A program made the position numbers and the translations under genes. The notes beneath the pieces are model-generated. The model did not search any database. It was not told the DNA's origin and saw nothing but the letters and a program-made list of their open reading frames with translations. From the NCBI RefSeq assembly GCF_902652985.1, contig NC_047026.1, positions 3,906,001 through 3,970,000 of the forward strand: a stretch of 64,000 nt of DNA, in the 5' to 3' direction. How positions within the stretch are numbered: position 1 is the stretch's first letter; each line of letters begins with the position of its first letter. Source of the DNA: Pecten maximus (Eukaryota). This document shows positions 25,001 through 35,982 of the stretch, piece by piece.

Positions 25001-26823
25001 TATATACTATCGCCAACAATGTTTATTCGAAGACAGCCTCCTCTGTTTGGAAGATTTATTATTTAGTCACACTAAATTAACCAAAATTCACCAAAATATA
25101 TTATTTACCAAAAGATGTTTACTGAAAGTGTTGGCTACTTAGAAACTTGATGTTGCTCAAACAAAAGTATTGTCTCGCAAATATTTGTCAACTCATAATG
25201 CAATAAACAATTAAAATATGTAAATTGTTGCTTTTTTGCTCGCACATAATAAATCATTAAGTACCTGATAATTTTGTCCAGCGTAAAGCAAGGGTTTATA
25301 CGGACGGAATATAACACCGATTTGGGACTAAATAGGTACCGGTGTTTTGGTGTAAATAAATATTTCATTTATCCATATATATGTTAGGTAGGTGTTATGT
25401 CACGCCAGATTATAATGTGTTTACACCAAAATCTAAGCGACAATAACCGGTGTCAGAGAATTCCACGTTTTCATATAGCAGTGCTCGTTGGCCCTACACC
25501 AGTCATGGTGTCAGGGCCAGAGGTACTCCAATAATATTAGAGGTTTACACGACAGGAAACTTTTGACAGGCTGTCATGTAACCTCGAATCACTACCGCAC
25601 GTAAAACCTGTTGCTGTGACCCACCTAATTAAAGTCGTTTAAAAGTTATCTTTACTCACATTTCATATGATCTAACTTACCTTATTCCATTTATCTATCA
25701 TAAATACACAAAGTTACATAACGTGTGTCCATATCTATATCCAAGATCAGTGATTATTAGCCTCTTTTGTCGTTTAAGCGTATAGGTCCCATTTGTATAT
25801 ACCGCCATACTTGTTTTGATTGTGACCTCTCGAGGTTATTTCCGGTTTATCCAAATTTGGAGTTGAAATAGACGAAACAAACGAAACGCTGTGAAAATAT
25901 TGCGTTACGCTTTCCGTTTTATTTGTATTCCGTATTTTATAATAACCGGAACAGCAAAGTTGTTTTAGTGACCCAATATTTGAACACAGTAGGTTGCAAG
26001 TGAATTATTGTGGATATAATTATATTTAAGAGGTGTCCATCAACAGTTTGTGCATAAATGGATTGATACTTCATCAACAAGTAAGCGTACACATATTTGC
26101 TAACATGAATTATCGTTTTAGATGGTTTATGACACTTTTTTTTGTCGCGCCCCAGAATCAGGGCGCTGGCAGCTACAAGAAAAACACGCTGAGGGGATAT
26201 GAGGTCGCAATATCCACGAATGTAATCAGGTGGAATATGACCTCATATATGTATAGGAGTAGGCCAGAGGAAACTATATTTAAGCCATCAACAAAGATAT
26301 AATTGGGCTATATTTAAGCCATCAACAAAGATATAATATTTTTTTCCTTTCACCCTCAAATCAGTGCGGAATTCGCATCGTTGGGGAAATAAGAGGTCGT
26401 AGTCGGCACAATAACCGTAATGTCTGAAAATAAATCGTCCGACCATGGGCCTCTTAATTATACTCCTACAACAATACTGTGGTCTATCTTTTACTATGGT
26501 CACTTGCAGTACACAAACGATATGTGCGCTGACCTGTTCCTTGGAAAAACATGCATATACCATTGTGTGAATATTTTATTTTAGGAATTTAGCACATGAA
26601 TAAATTTATGATTTGGTGGGTCTCCTCGCCCATGACCTCCGATCCCGGTCCGACTGAACTCCAAAAAATAAGCGTGCAACTGATGCGTATACGTGCACAA
26701 AACTGCAATTGAAGTGATCGTTGAATAACTTACGTAGTTCTTAGCTTTGAAAAAAGAAACGCATGTCGAGCCAAGTGCTCCTTTCCCTCCATAGATCAAG
26801 ACACGTCCCACTGTAGTTGCCAT
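19045..26823 (-). CDS. QDPR: Dihydropteridine reductase, 237 aa; exons 26734-26823, 24190-24379, 23183-23323, 22230-22338, 20586-20669, 19045-19144
   Basis: Spliced by hand with GT-AG sites and consistent phases (714 nt): [18 protein letters not shown]..., [29 protein letters not shown] (YxxxK), [17 protein letters not shown]. Confidence 0.97.
19194..20209. mobile_element. Non-autonomous hAT-like DNA transposon, 1016 bp
   Basis: Perfect 16-bp TIR CAGTGTTCCAGCTAGG / CCTAGCTGGAACACTG; flanks ACTGACAG and ACAGACAT (6/8 match, degenerate 8-bp TSD). Confidence 0.8.
20271..20395 (+). mobile_element. Truncated solo LTR of a tRNA-LTR TRIM
   Basis: Starts TGTAAC; CTTTAGCTCGATCAG (A box), CT-AGT-AA loop, GGTTTGATCC (B box); resembles the LTRs at 43899-44346. 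Confidence 0.6.
20725..21470 (+). mobile_element. Helentron/HINE-type element interrupted by a SINE
   Basis: 5' AACAAGAGGCCCATGGGCCTT palindrome; 3' GGAC/GGAA microsatellite and poly-C. Confidence 0.55.
20773..20905 (-). mobile_element. V-SINE 3' fragment
   Basis: Reverse complement of the V core and tail seen at 30898 and 33565. Confidence 0.8.
21632..22212. mobile_element. TTAA-flanked non-autonomous DNA transposon (piggyBac-type MITE)
   Basis: TTAA at 21628-21631 and 22213-22216; imperfect TIR CTCTTTTCATAC / GTACTGAAAGAG; three TGTCG(A/C)CTATAGTCGACA palindromes near the right end. Confidence 0.65.
23660..24165 (+). mobile_element. Helentron/HINE-type remnant with three degenerate ~170-bp internal repeats
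   Basis: TATATAAATT(A/G)TGA..CCAAATTTGGTTG..CATTAAGGA repeated; 3' palindrome GTCATTCTGACC..GGTCCGATGAC. Confidence 0.55.
24479..24857 (+). mobile_element. Complete TRIM (miniature LTR retrotransposon) with tRNA-derived LTRs, Helenus/TRIMp3-like; LTRs 24479-24606 and 24730-24857
   Basis: 128-bp LTRs TGTAG..TTACA; PBS-like TTTGGGGCCTGTGACC; PPT AGGAGGGAAGAG; perfect 4-bp TSD GAAG (24475-24478, 24858-24861); each LTR holds a tRNA cloverleaf with AGT anticodon. Confidence 0.9.
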
Positions 26824-27246
26824 GCTTAACGTTGAAGAAATTGATGAGCTCGCTGTCGATCGGAAGCTTGAATGAGAATACAAGATACATGCGGTTGTAA
26901 ACATTTTGAAGATACTAAAAAAATGACATAAACGAATATTTGATATCAAGAGTATTAGTGATATATTTTTATTTCATATGTTGTTAATTATAAACAAAAT
27001 GAAAATATTAATGTAATATTTTAGACTGGTGCGCTAGATTATAATCACGTTCGCTGAAATTGTGAATCGAGAAATCGCGTGACGTCATCATGGACCCTAT
27101 TTGCCAAGAATGTAACCTTGGAATGGAGTAGCGAAGTAGCGACAAATTGCGTTTTTCGGACATTTAGCTGGTCAAAACAATAATTATATAACAACATCCA
27201 GCCTCATAATCACGTTTCATTGTCATATTGAAACGCAGTCGCTGAT
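26824..27246. promoter_or_regulatory. Bidirectional promoter region QDPR/KCMF1
   Basis: Divergent ATGs at 26823 and 27247; palindromic CRE TGACGTCA at 27080-27087; locally CpG-rich; YY1-like CAAAATGGCC at 27286-27295 just inside KCMF1 intron 1. Confidence 0.8.
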
Positions 27247-30200
27247 ATGTCGCGTCATGAAGGTAAGTAAGAGGTGTTATCAATCCAAAATGGCCTCCAA
27301 TCGAACTATCAGTTTCTTCCGTAAAACGTCTCGTGTAGTGTGTGGTCGTTGCGATCGTAATGCGATAGTATGTCTGCTTACGTTAAGATGCAATACGTTC
27401 ATTTATCTCATGCGAGAGTTTTTAAATGGACTGATTTGTAAAATGAAATCAAAAGTATGGGTTTACCTCGAGTAGACATCAATAACAATATTGCAATGTG
27501 TGATGTAATGAGATATGGAAAAACTGCTTCGTAATGAATGAGGAACACCGTACCAGCTTCCTCGTTCATCTGCACATCAGGAGCTGACACTAATTTCTGA
27601 AACTGTGACAATAGGCGTTTGTCGGTGAACACATTGATTGTTATTTCAACATGTTGGAGGCAATTATATATATATACAATTACAAGCTATTCATGAACTT
27701 TCATTAAAAAAAAATCCCTTAAAAGTGGGTACCGAGAGACATCAAGTGAGCCTTGTTGTAAAACTTCATTAATTTCTTTTTATATGTTCTAAACTTTTAA
27801 TGTAGTGTATTTAAAATAACTGTAGCATGTGAGTCTTCTGTTATAATTCAATATACAAAAATAGGTTGTGATGTTAGAAAAAATGGTTTCAACCTAAATT
27901 AAAGCCTTGCTTATTGTGTTATCTTTGAATATACATTAAAAACCTAGGAAGGAAAATAAAAAATATATGATCAGTTGTTTTAGTGTAACTTGGTTGACAG
28001 TCCATGTGGTTAAGAGAGAAAAATGATTGTACCTGTTCAGTAACTCCTTTAAGTTGACATGGTCAGGTAATAAGTTGGAAGCATTTAATAACAAATGGTG
28101 TTATGCAACTGCTCCCTCTTATTTCTGAAGCAACAAACATTTTCTGCCATTTACTGAGAGGTAATAATAAATTTCAATTGTTTTAACCTGATTCCATTTT
28201 GGGCTTTTACTGGAAAATTACACAATATTTTTCGTTTTTCAATCGAGATCTGAATGTGGAAAAGCTTAATTTCTGATGCTTTTGCAATTGGTACAAAATG
28301 CTGTGGATTTAGTAAGGGGTTTGTTAAATGTTATTGGGTGATCCTGTTAAAATAATTCAATCTAATTAGAACTTAGGGCTGTACCTGAGTACCCAATTGC
28401 AAATACAGGTTGGGGTTGATGAGATCTATAGCTAGAACCAGGATTAAAAATGTGTTCCTGGGTACCATACACGTGTTCAGGTACTCATAATTAGCCCTAA
28501 TAAATAAAAGCAGATATATTAGTTCTGTTACTTCGAACACTTGCACAACTATATTATCTTGTGTTCTTATATTTAATAGTGTTTTCCTGATCAAGAGCGA
28601 CATCATTGTCAGACAACTTTTGCCATATTTTGTTGTGTATTTGTCAATGTTGAATATATAGTGAGGGGATTCTTATCATTGAGAAGACTTGTTATTAGTC
28701 CCTACTGGTGAAACTGGGGGGATTATAGGTTTCCTCTCCATCCATCTTATACTCATATACCTAATTATGCCAAAGCTTGTCAGCACTCTCAGGGCATCCA
28801 TTAACCCGAGACCTGGGGTCAATGATGCAGCAAAATTTAATTTGACACTTGATTTTTGCATGCCATGTCACTGTGTCAATCTGACGCTTCAAAATTTTGA
28901 CTTGCACTACTGATGTATCAGTCATATGTGTTGTCCAATATACAGACTCAACAAACGGTATATTAGCTATATATAGCTATGGTCAGTGACATTAATTAAT
29001 TAAAAGTCTTCATGATCAGTCAACTGTGACAAAGTCCGACTGTCGCCAAATTGATCACAGGTGAAGTCTCTAATGATCAACATTTATCTGTAGTGAAGTT
29101 ATGTTATTTGCAACGTAGATTTTTCATGAGATGTTATTAGAGCTGAAACGAATAGATTTTGGTATTCGAATATTCGTTTGGTATATTCGAATAGAGGATA
29201 TGAAAGATAGCAGCACTGTACCTTATTTACGATGTCATGTCAGAAAAATGTTTACATCTTTTCATTCACACGTTTTGGAACCTATTCATGTCAAAAGAGT
29301 TGTATATACATGTATTTTTATGTTAAACTGAATGCTGGATTGGAACGAAAATCTGACGTTTGAACACGTTTTCAATGAGTTTGGCCAGGAGATGATTTGC
29401 TATGTTGGATGTATAGTACCTTTGTACGTTAAAACCCCTAAATATAGCTTACATTCTGCTTAAGAATTATTGGAATTTAGCTGGAAATGCTCCCAAACTC
29501 AAATGGAACGTTTGTACATGTTTCAGATCAAAGGACTAGGGGAAGTAAATATCGTACCGAATATTCGAATACCATTCCACTATTCGAATATTCGGGGAAT
29601 TGGTATTCATTCTCGAACATTCGTTTCAGCTCTAGATGTTATACAAACCCAAAATTAACAACATTTGCTAATAAATCAGCATATTTTTAGTGATTTAAGA
29701 ATGTTGGCATAGAACTGCAGTCAGTCTCTCACAAAAATCGGCACTTTGCTGTTTGCAGCGTCCATGATTGTTGTGATGAGTCTTCTAAAATTCTAAATAT
29801 ATCAGTATACATTTGAAAACGATTCATCATTGAGATTGACTGTCAAATTTTTGTGCATCTTATATTTTGACTCTCAGGATTTTGATTTGACTCAGGATTT
29901 TACAGCTGAGTCACTGACTCTTGAGATTTTAATTCTACTAGATGCCCTGCCTCTAGCGGCTTCATTCCTTCAGGGATTTCGCTAAAGCTTCACACGATGC
30001 AATGACAAAGGACCAATTTTATTCAAACTTCACAAAATGATAAATGACCATAATATCTTGTAACAAGTTCGGAGTTTTTGGGTCAAGATCAATGTTACGT
30101 TGCTTTAGAGGAGCTAGCTAGGCCAGTAGGGGACAGGAATATATTGCTTTTAAATAACAATACCCAGTATGATTATTAGATTTAGATATAAGGAAATATG

Positions 30201-33200
30201 CTGAAACTTTAATATCATTATTTAGTATGTTATTTCCTAAGTGGGATCCATACATAACTTAACCACATATTATATATATGTATGTTGTCTCTGATTTTAC
30301 AGGGGTCAGCTGCGATTCATGTCTGAAAGGAAACTTTCGAGGGAAACGTTACAAGTGCCTGGTTTGTTATGACTATGACCTCTGTGCGACTTGTTATGAG
30401 GCGGGGGCCACCACGACACGGCACACTGCTGACCACTCCATGCAATGCATTCTTACCAGGAACGACTTCGGTAAGTCTGTGTTTTTCAGTTTTGATTCTT
30501 TTGTTTGATAATTGTGCACTGAAGTATGACAGTGACCTTTAAATGTTAATAGAAGGCAGGTGTCAATTTATATTAAGAAGTAATATCAAGCATTTCTGTA
30601 TCCACCACATCAAAGATCTACTAAAACAGGGCTCCATTAAGTCATTTCTATATATAGTACCATGACTAACCATAGACTTTATACCCTAATAAAGCACTAA
30701 AAAATTTTCTTCTTTTATGGAGGAGGGAGTCTCGATCTGTTTGGTCCACCTTGTGCAGTTTACTTTCTTTCCCAATTCACCGTCCCCTCCCTATCATGAT
30801 TTCCCATTGGTAAAAGGGATTCCAACGTTATGGCTTATAAAGAAAAGATGTTGAATTGAGAGAAAGGTCCAAAATAGAATAAGGGAATGCTGTTTTAGTG
30901 GCCACAGTGGCCGAGTGGTTAATGTGTCCCGACACTATCACTAGCCCTCCACCTCTGGGTTGCGAGTTCGAAACCTACATGGGGCAGTTGCCAGGTACAG
31001 ACCGTAGGCTGGTGGTTTTTCACCCCGGGAACTCCGGCTTTCCTCCACCTCCAAAACCTGGTACATCCTTAAATGACCCTGGCTGTTAATAGGACGTAAA
31101 ACAAAAACAAACAAATGCTGAAATATCTAAGTGAGTAATGGGGAATCTCTTGCCATACTGTTTGAATAAATATTCATCAAATGCTTGTTTTTGTACTGTT
31201 CTTGTTGGCAAATGATTGTTTTTGTACTGTTCTTGTTGGCAATGGCAGCCTTCATCCCTTTTACTGTAACACTCCTGTGATTCAACATCAGTGTGATATG
31301 ACTTATCTCATAGATTACATTTATTGTTTTGTAAACAGATTTACTTCATGGAAGTAAGACTTGAATCTTTAACCATCAAAAACATTGCATTATTTAACCA
31401 GTCATGTGATTTTCGTTACAGATTTATTTTATGGAGGAGAGGCTCTGACGGCAGAGCAAACACAGGCTTTACTTGCCCTTACTGCGGTAAAATGGGATTC
31501 ACAGAGGCTACCTTGCAGGAGCATGTTACCTCGGATCATTCTGACGCTTCCACTGAAGTTGTAAGTATTTACTGTGAAACCTGTCTTAGCGACCCTTTGT
31601 ATTCACATAGACTTAGGTGATCGAGACTATCCTATAAAAGGGGAATTCCCCTAGACTGTTTCAGAAATTATCATGCTACTGACTGACATCCCCAGACAAC
31701 AACACTACTGTACATAATGATAACAAATCATTGAATATGACAATTGTTTATTTGATAAAACTTCCATATCATTTGAACGATACATAGATAAGTTATTTCT
31801 TGGTTTGATATTGTATTGCTGGCAATATCCCATGTGCTACAGTTGTAAATATTTATCTAGATTTATCATCATTTCTAGCTCAAGTAAATTTTTGTTCAGA
31901 ACCTAACAATTTAATCACAGGTTTAATGAGAGATTTTTTCTTTTTTCCTTGGGCACGGTATGTTCACCGCATGAGAAAGAGCTTTCATATTTGGCATGTG
32001 TGTTCCTTGTCAAAAACTTTATATTGATACAATGTTTGCAGACTTACTTTTTAAAAAACCTAATTCTGAATTTAAACCCACACAGCAAACTTTGTTGTTT
32101 TCTTCTGACAACTTTTGTTTAGCTTTTTATATAGATTTGTCTTATAAATATATAATTAACTAATAATGATGCCACTAGCTGCTATGGGCTATTCCAGTGA
32201 AATATCTACCCCACCCCAGGACTGCAGGTTTTGTTAAGGCGTATATATATATACGTATACGTACCACCCATCAAATTTATTTAGTAAATTACAAAGAGGT
32301 AATTGGAGGGAAATCCAACCATGGATAGGAGTGATTTATTTTGGAGTCCTGGGGTCAGCTAGATATTTTAATGGAATAGCCCTAATGTATTATTTATTTC
32401 CTAAATCTTTAAACATTTAACTGTCAAATGCAACATGAGAAAGGTTTTCAGGCAATAAATATTATTTTCTTCACACAATAATATAAAACAGGAAGTAGAT
32501 TTGCCATCCCAGGATAAAGAAAGGATATCCTGTAACACAATGTAGATTATTTTTATCAATTTATTTATTTCTCAAACAGGTATGTCCAATATGTGCTGCT
32601 CTGCCTGGAGGCGATCCAAACTACGTCACTGATGACTTTGCAGAACATTTGACGTTACAGCACAGAATCCCAAGAGAATTTATATCCTTTCACTAAAATT
32701 TATGTGATCAATTTTGCTGTGATATTCAGAAAATATACTCTAACCTTGGTAGACCCAGCGTACAACATCAGTCAATATGATAGATAATGAGCGAAAGTGT
32801 CATCAAAATAAAAGATTAATTTTACATAGAACCAGTAAAGTTCACCAGTGTTGGGTGTCAAGATCCCTTTGGTATACAAAACAACAGCTATGGGATGTGA
32901 ATTTTGTTTGTTTATATTATCATGATCAAAGCTAAAGGCTATAATTGGAAATACATTGAAATATTTTCCAATAGATAACATTCTGAAAGATAATGTTTAG
33001 TGTCAATATTTGTGGTAATAAAATCCTTAACATCTGTGCACGATGAACCTGTTGGTATTCGACATGTGCGGAGAATTCCTCACCCTGGACGCGGTGTAGG
33101 AGGAAACCGGTCTAGAAGAGCAAATATGCACTTTTCTTCTGGGGGAACTTCATTGACTGGGCTCTCCCCAGGAGGACGGGAAACGATGGACCCTATCGCA

Positions 33201-35982
33201 GAACTATTGTCTCAGCTGTCGAGTGTGAGGAGTCGTGCGGCTGCGGCCCAGAGTGTGTCATCACAGCTACAGCAGCTGGAGATGCAGTTACAGTCAACCA
33301 GGTAACAACTGGGGGGTCCTCTAATTGAGATTATTAACCAGGTAACAACTGGGGGTCCTCTAAATGGGAGAATTATTAGTATTGGAAGGTTCTCATTGTG
33401 AGAAAAAAACACCCAACATCCCATCCCAAATATACCAGAGTAAAAAAATTATAGTTTTCCCAAATATTTACAGTATCATTAATTTAATAACATTTTGCAC
33501 ATGTGCCACCTTAGATAACCTAATATCATTATGACAAATGAGCCATGGTATTCAGCAAGCTTTGTTATGGCCGAGTTGTTAAGGTGTCCCAATCACTAGC
33601 CCTCCACCTCTGGGTTGCGAATTCGAAACCTACGTGGGGCAGTTGTCAGGTACTGACTGTAGGCCTGGTGGTTTTTCTCCGGGTACTCCGGCTTTCCTCC
33701 ACCTCCAAAACTTGGCACGTCTTAGATGACCTTGGCTGTTAATAGGATGTTAAACAAAAACAAACCAAAATTTGTTAGGGCTTTTCCATTAAAATATCTT
33801 CCTGACCCCAGCACTCCACAATAAATCACTTCTATCCATGGTTGGATTGCCTTCCTATTTCTTCTATGTAATTTATTAAATTAATTCTATGGGTGGTACC
33901 CCTTAACAAACCTGGAGTCTTGGGATGGGGTAGATGTTTTACTGGAACAGACTTAGTATTCAATAGTTATTAGTCCCCTGCCTGGCAGGTGTGATGTGAA
34001 AATTGTACCTAATGCCCCCATTACATGATCATTAGAGGGGACTAAATTAAGGATCTTATCTGTTCCTTCTTTCTAAATACTTTCCTCTTCATTGTTTTTG
34101 CCTTGACACTGCCTCACTTTTGGCCTTTAGTTGGGCGTTTGTGCCTGTGAGGAAGGCTTTGGGTTCTGTCCACTGGCCAATGTTAAGTTTTTTGCTCCAG
34201 TTTTAGTGCTCATCATATTAGGAGTGGGACGACTGGTTTGCCCATTGTTGACCACCTGGCCCAAAGGGCCCGTGAGCTTATGCCATGGTGTGTCCGTCCG
34301 TCGTCTGTCTACATTTGCTTTAAATCATTACTAGTTATAAAACAATGGATGTATTTTAACCAAATTTGGTCAGAACAATCCTTGAGGGAAGAGGAACAGG
34401 TTTTGCATTAATGATGATTCTGACCCCCAAGGGGCTAGAGAGGAATGGGCCCAATAGGGGAAATGGAGGTAATTTCTTTAAATCGCTACTAGTCTTAAAG
34501 TTATTGATTAATTTGAACCCAATGCAGTCAGAAACATTCTTAGGGGAAGGGGAACAGATTTGTGTAAATGGTGACACTGATCCTCATGGGGCCAGAGGGG
34601 CGGGGCCCAATAGGGGGAAAAAAGAGAGAAATTCCTTTAAATCACTACTAATCAAAAAGTTATGGATGGATATGAAAAATATTTGTAATGTAACTGATTA
34701 CAAATATTTTTTACCCTTTCCAGGTGAGCAATGCAGGCCCTCTGGGCCTCTTGTTAGTATATTGTCAGTCCTGCTGGGTATCTTAGGCAGTACATTAATT
34801 GGGCAGTGCTGATTGAAGGATGAAATTTGAGCATTTTCTCTGAATGGGTTTTTATTTGATTTCATGCATTTAATCAATCAATTTTCAGACAACAACTGGA
34901 GCGTTTGCCAAACAGACGTACAATGGAATCGGGAAAATCCAACATTACCAATTCTTCAACTACTGGCATCAGCACAGACCTGCAGAGTCAAGGGGGCAGT
35001 ACCAATCAAACGACTGTCAACACTGACTCGCCATACTTATTAGCCAGGTAATGTCGGAGATATAGGCTCACGAGGGACAAACATTATCTTAACACAAGAA
35101 TGGTACATAGTTTGAAAATAGCTAGAAGATATATAGAAATATCAGATCAGAATTGGGCCTAAGTTTCATTTGAATTGAATTTTAATATGACGTTGAACAC
35201 AGTACTTGTATTAATGTTTTTAGCTCACCATGCCATGATGCCATAGTTGGAAGATGCAGCAAAAAAGGTAGAAAAATAATTATGTAACTTAAAATAGTTT
35301 TGATACTGTTTTAATGCTGTGTTTCTGTTGTAGGTGCCTCGACTCCTCTGTGACGGAGTCGGAACAGAGTATATTTGAGGAGAGAGAGGATCGTGGTGCG
35401 TTTGTACAGGAACTGTTATTATCCACATTGACAGAACAGTTACACTTAGAACAGGACTTGGATGCATTAATAGGTGGTGATAGTTCAAATGATTCTGTCA
35501 AACGGAGTAACAAATTGCCAACGGCCACGTCAAACGAAGTTGATCAGCATCCTAGCACAAGTCCTTCACATCAACAACAAAACACAAATAGCCTGGGCAA
35601 GGACCCTGGTACTGCTGCTAAGTCTTTGTTACCAGAGAGAGGCAACCAGCTGTCACCAACACAGAAACAGCATGCCGGCGGCGGTGGAGGCACGGTGGTC
35701 ACTCTTTCTCGACAAAGTCAGGGTCACTCGTTTCAGGGTGTTACCCTTCGACAAAATCATGGATCCATGTCCAGTGGGAGTCAAGTTTATAATTCGCTTC
35801 CAGGCTCAAATGCTTTGGCGGGGGCTGGGATCGGCGCTGGAAACCTTCACCCCTTACCTGGAAGGCCTGGGTCAGGGGGCAGAGACAGAGACGGTCGTGT
35901 GAATCCGGCCGCAGCAAAAAAGAATATGTACAAACAGTTACCTACATCTCAAGCTTCTGATCGTGAGCCCCCACCCCACTAA
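27247..35982 (+). CDS. KCMF1: E3 ubiquitin ligase KCMF1 (ZZ + Di19-type zinc fingers), ~497 aa; exons 27247-27262, 30303-30470, 31422-31560 (1-nt deletion at ~31468-31470), 32580-32681, 33042-33301, 34889-35047, 35334-35982
   Basis: MSRHEG/VSCDSCLKGNFRGKRYKCLVCYDYDLC, FTCPYCGKMG, CPICAALPGGDPN, MDPIAELLSQLS, FVQELLLSTL, C-terminal EPPPH; splice phases consistent once one T is restored in exon 3. Confidence 0.96.
28790..29949. mobile_element. Possible hAT-like non-autonomous element hosting a nested MITE
   Basis: Imperfect TIR CAGGGCATCCA / TAGATGCCCTG; TSD not evident. Confidence 0.45.
29138..29634. mobile_element. hAT-type MITE
   Basis: TIR TAGAGCTGAAACGAAT / ATTCGTTTCAGCTCTA; perfect 8-bp TSD GATGTTAT; subterminal ATTCGAATA motifs. 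Confidence 0.9.
30898..31114 (+). mobile_element. tRNA-headed V-SINE, near full length
   Basis: A box TGGCCGAGTGG, B box GAGTTCGAAAC, V-type core GGTTTTTC..CCGGG.ACTCCGGCTTTCCTCC, tail AAATGACCCTGGCTGTTAATAGGACG + (CAAA)n. Confidence 0.85.
32186..32382 (+). mobile_element. PIF/Harbinger-like MITE, copy 1
   Basis: TIR GGGCTATTCCA / TGGAATAGCCC, flanked by TAT/TAA. Confidence 0.75.
32682..33041 (+). other. U12-type (minor spliceosome) AT-AC intron of KCMF1, 360 nt
   Basis: 5' site ATATCCTTT at 32682, branch point TCCTTAAC at 33024-33031, 3' AC at 33040-33041; joins ...HRIPREF to DEPVGIRHVRR in frame. Confidence 0.95.
33565..33770 (+). mobile_element. tRNA-headed V-SINE
   Basis: Same family as 30898-31114. 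Confidence 0.85.
33778..33953 (-). mobile_element. PIF/Harbinger-like MITE, copy 2 (inverted relative to copy 1)
   Basis: Reverse complement of 32186-32382 throughout (e.g. ATAAATCACT.CTATCCATGGTTGGATT); TTA flanks. Confidence 0.75.
34245..34757 (-). mobile_element. Helentron/HINE-type element
   Basis: CACCTGGCCCAAAGGGCCCGTG palindrome, (CCGT)n, two internal ~160-bp repeats, terminal AGGCCCTCTGGGCCTCTTGTT. Confidence 0.7.

Noticed and set aside
31460-31475. Programmed ribosomal frameshift in KCMF1
   Set aside because: No canonical slippery heptamer or evident stimulatory structure; a single missing T in a homopolymer explains it
34131-34812. 148-aa and neighbouring ORFs inside KCMF1 intron 5
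   Set aside because: They overlap a non-coding HINE-type element and show no recognisable domain
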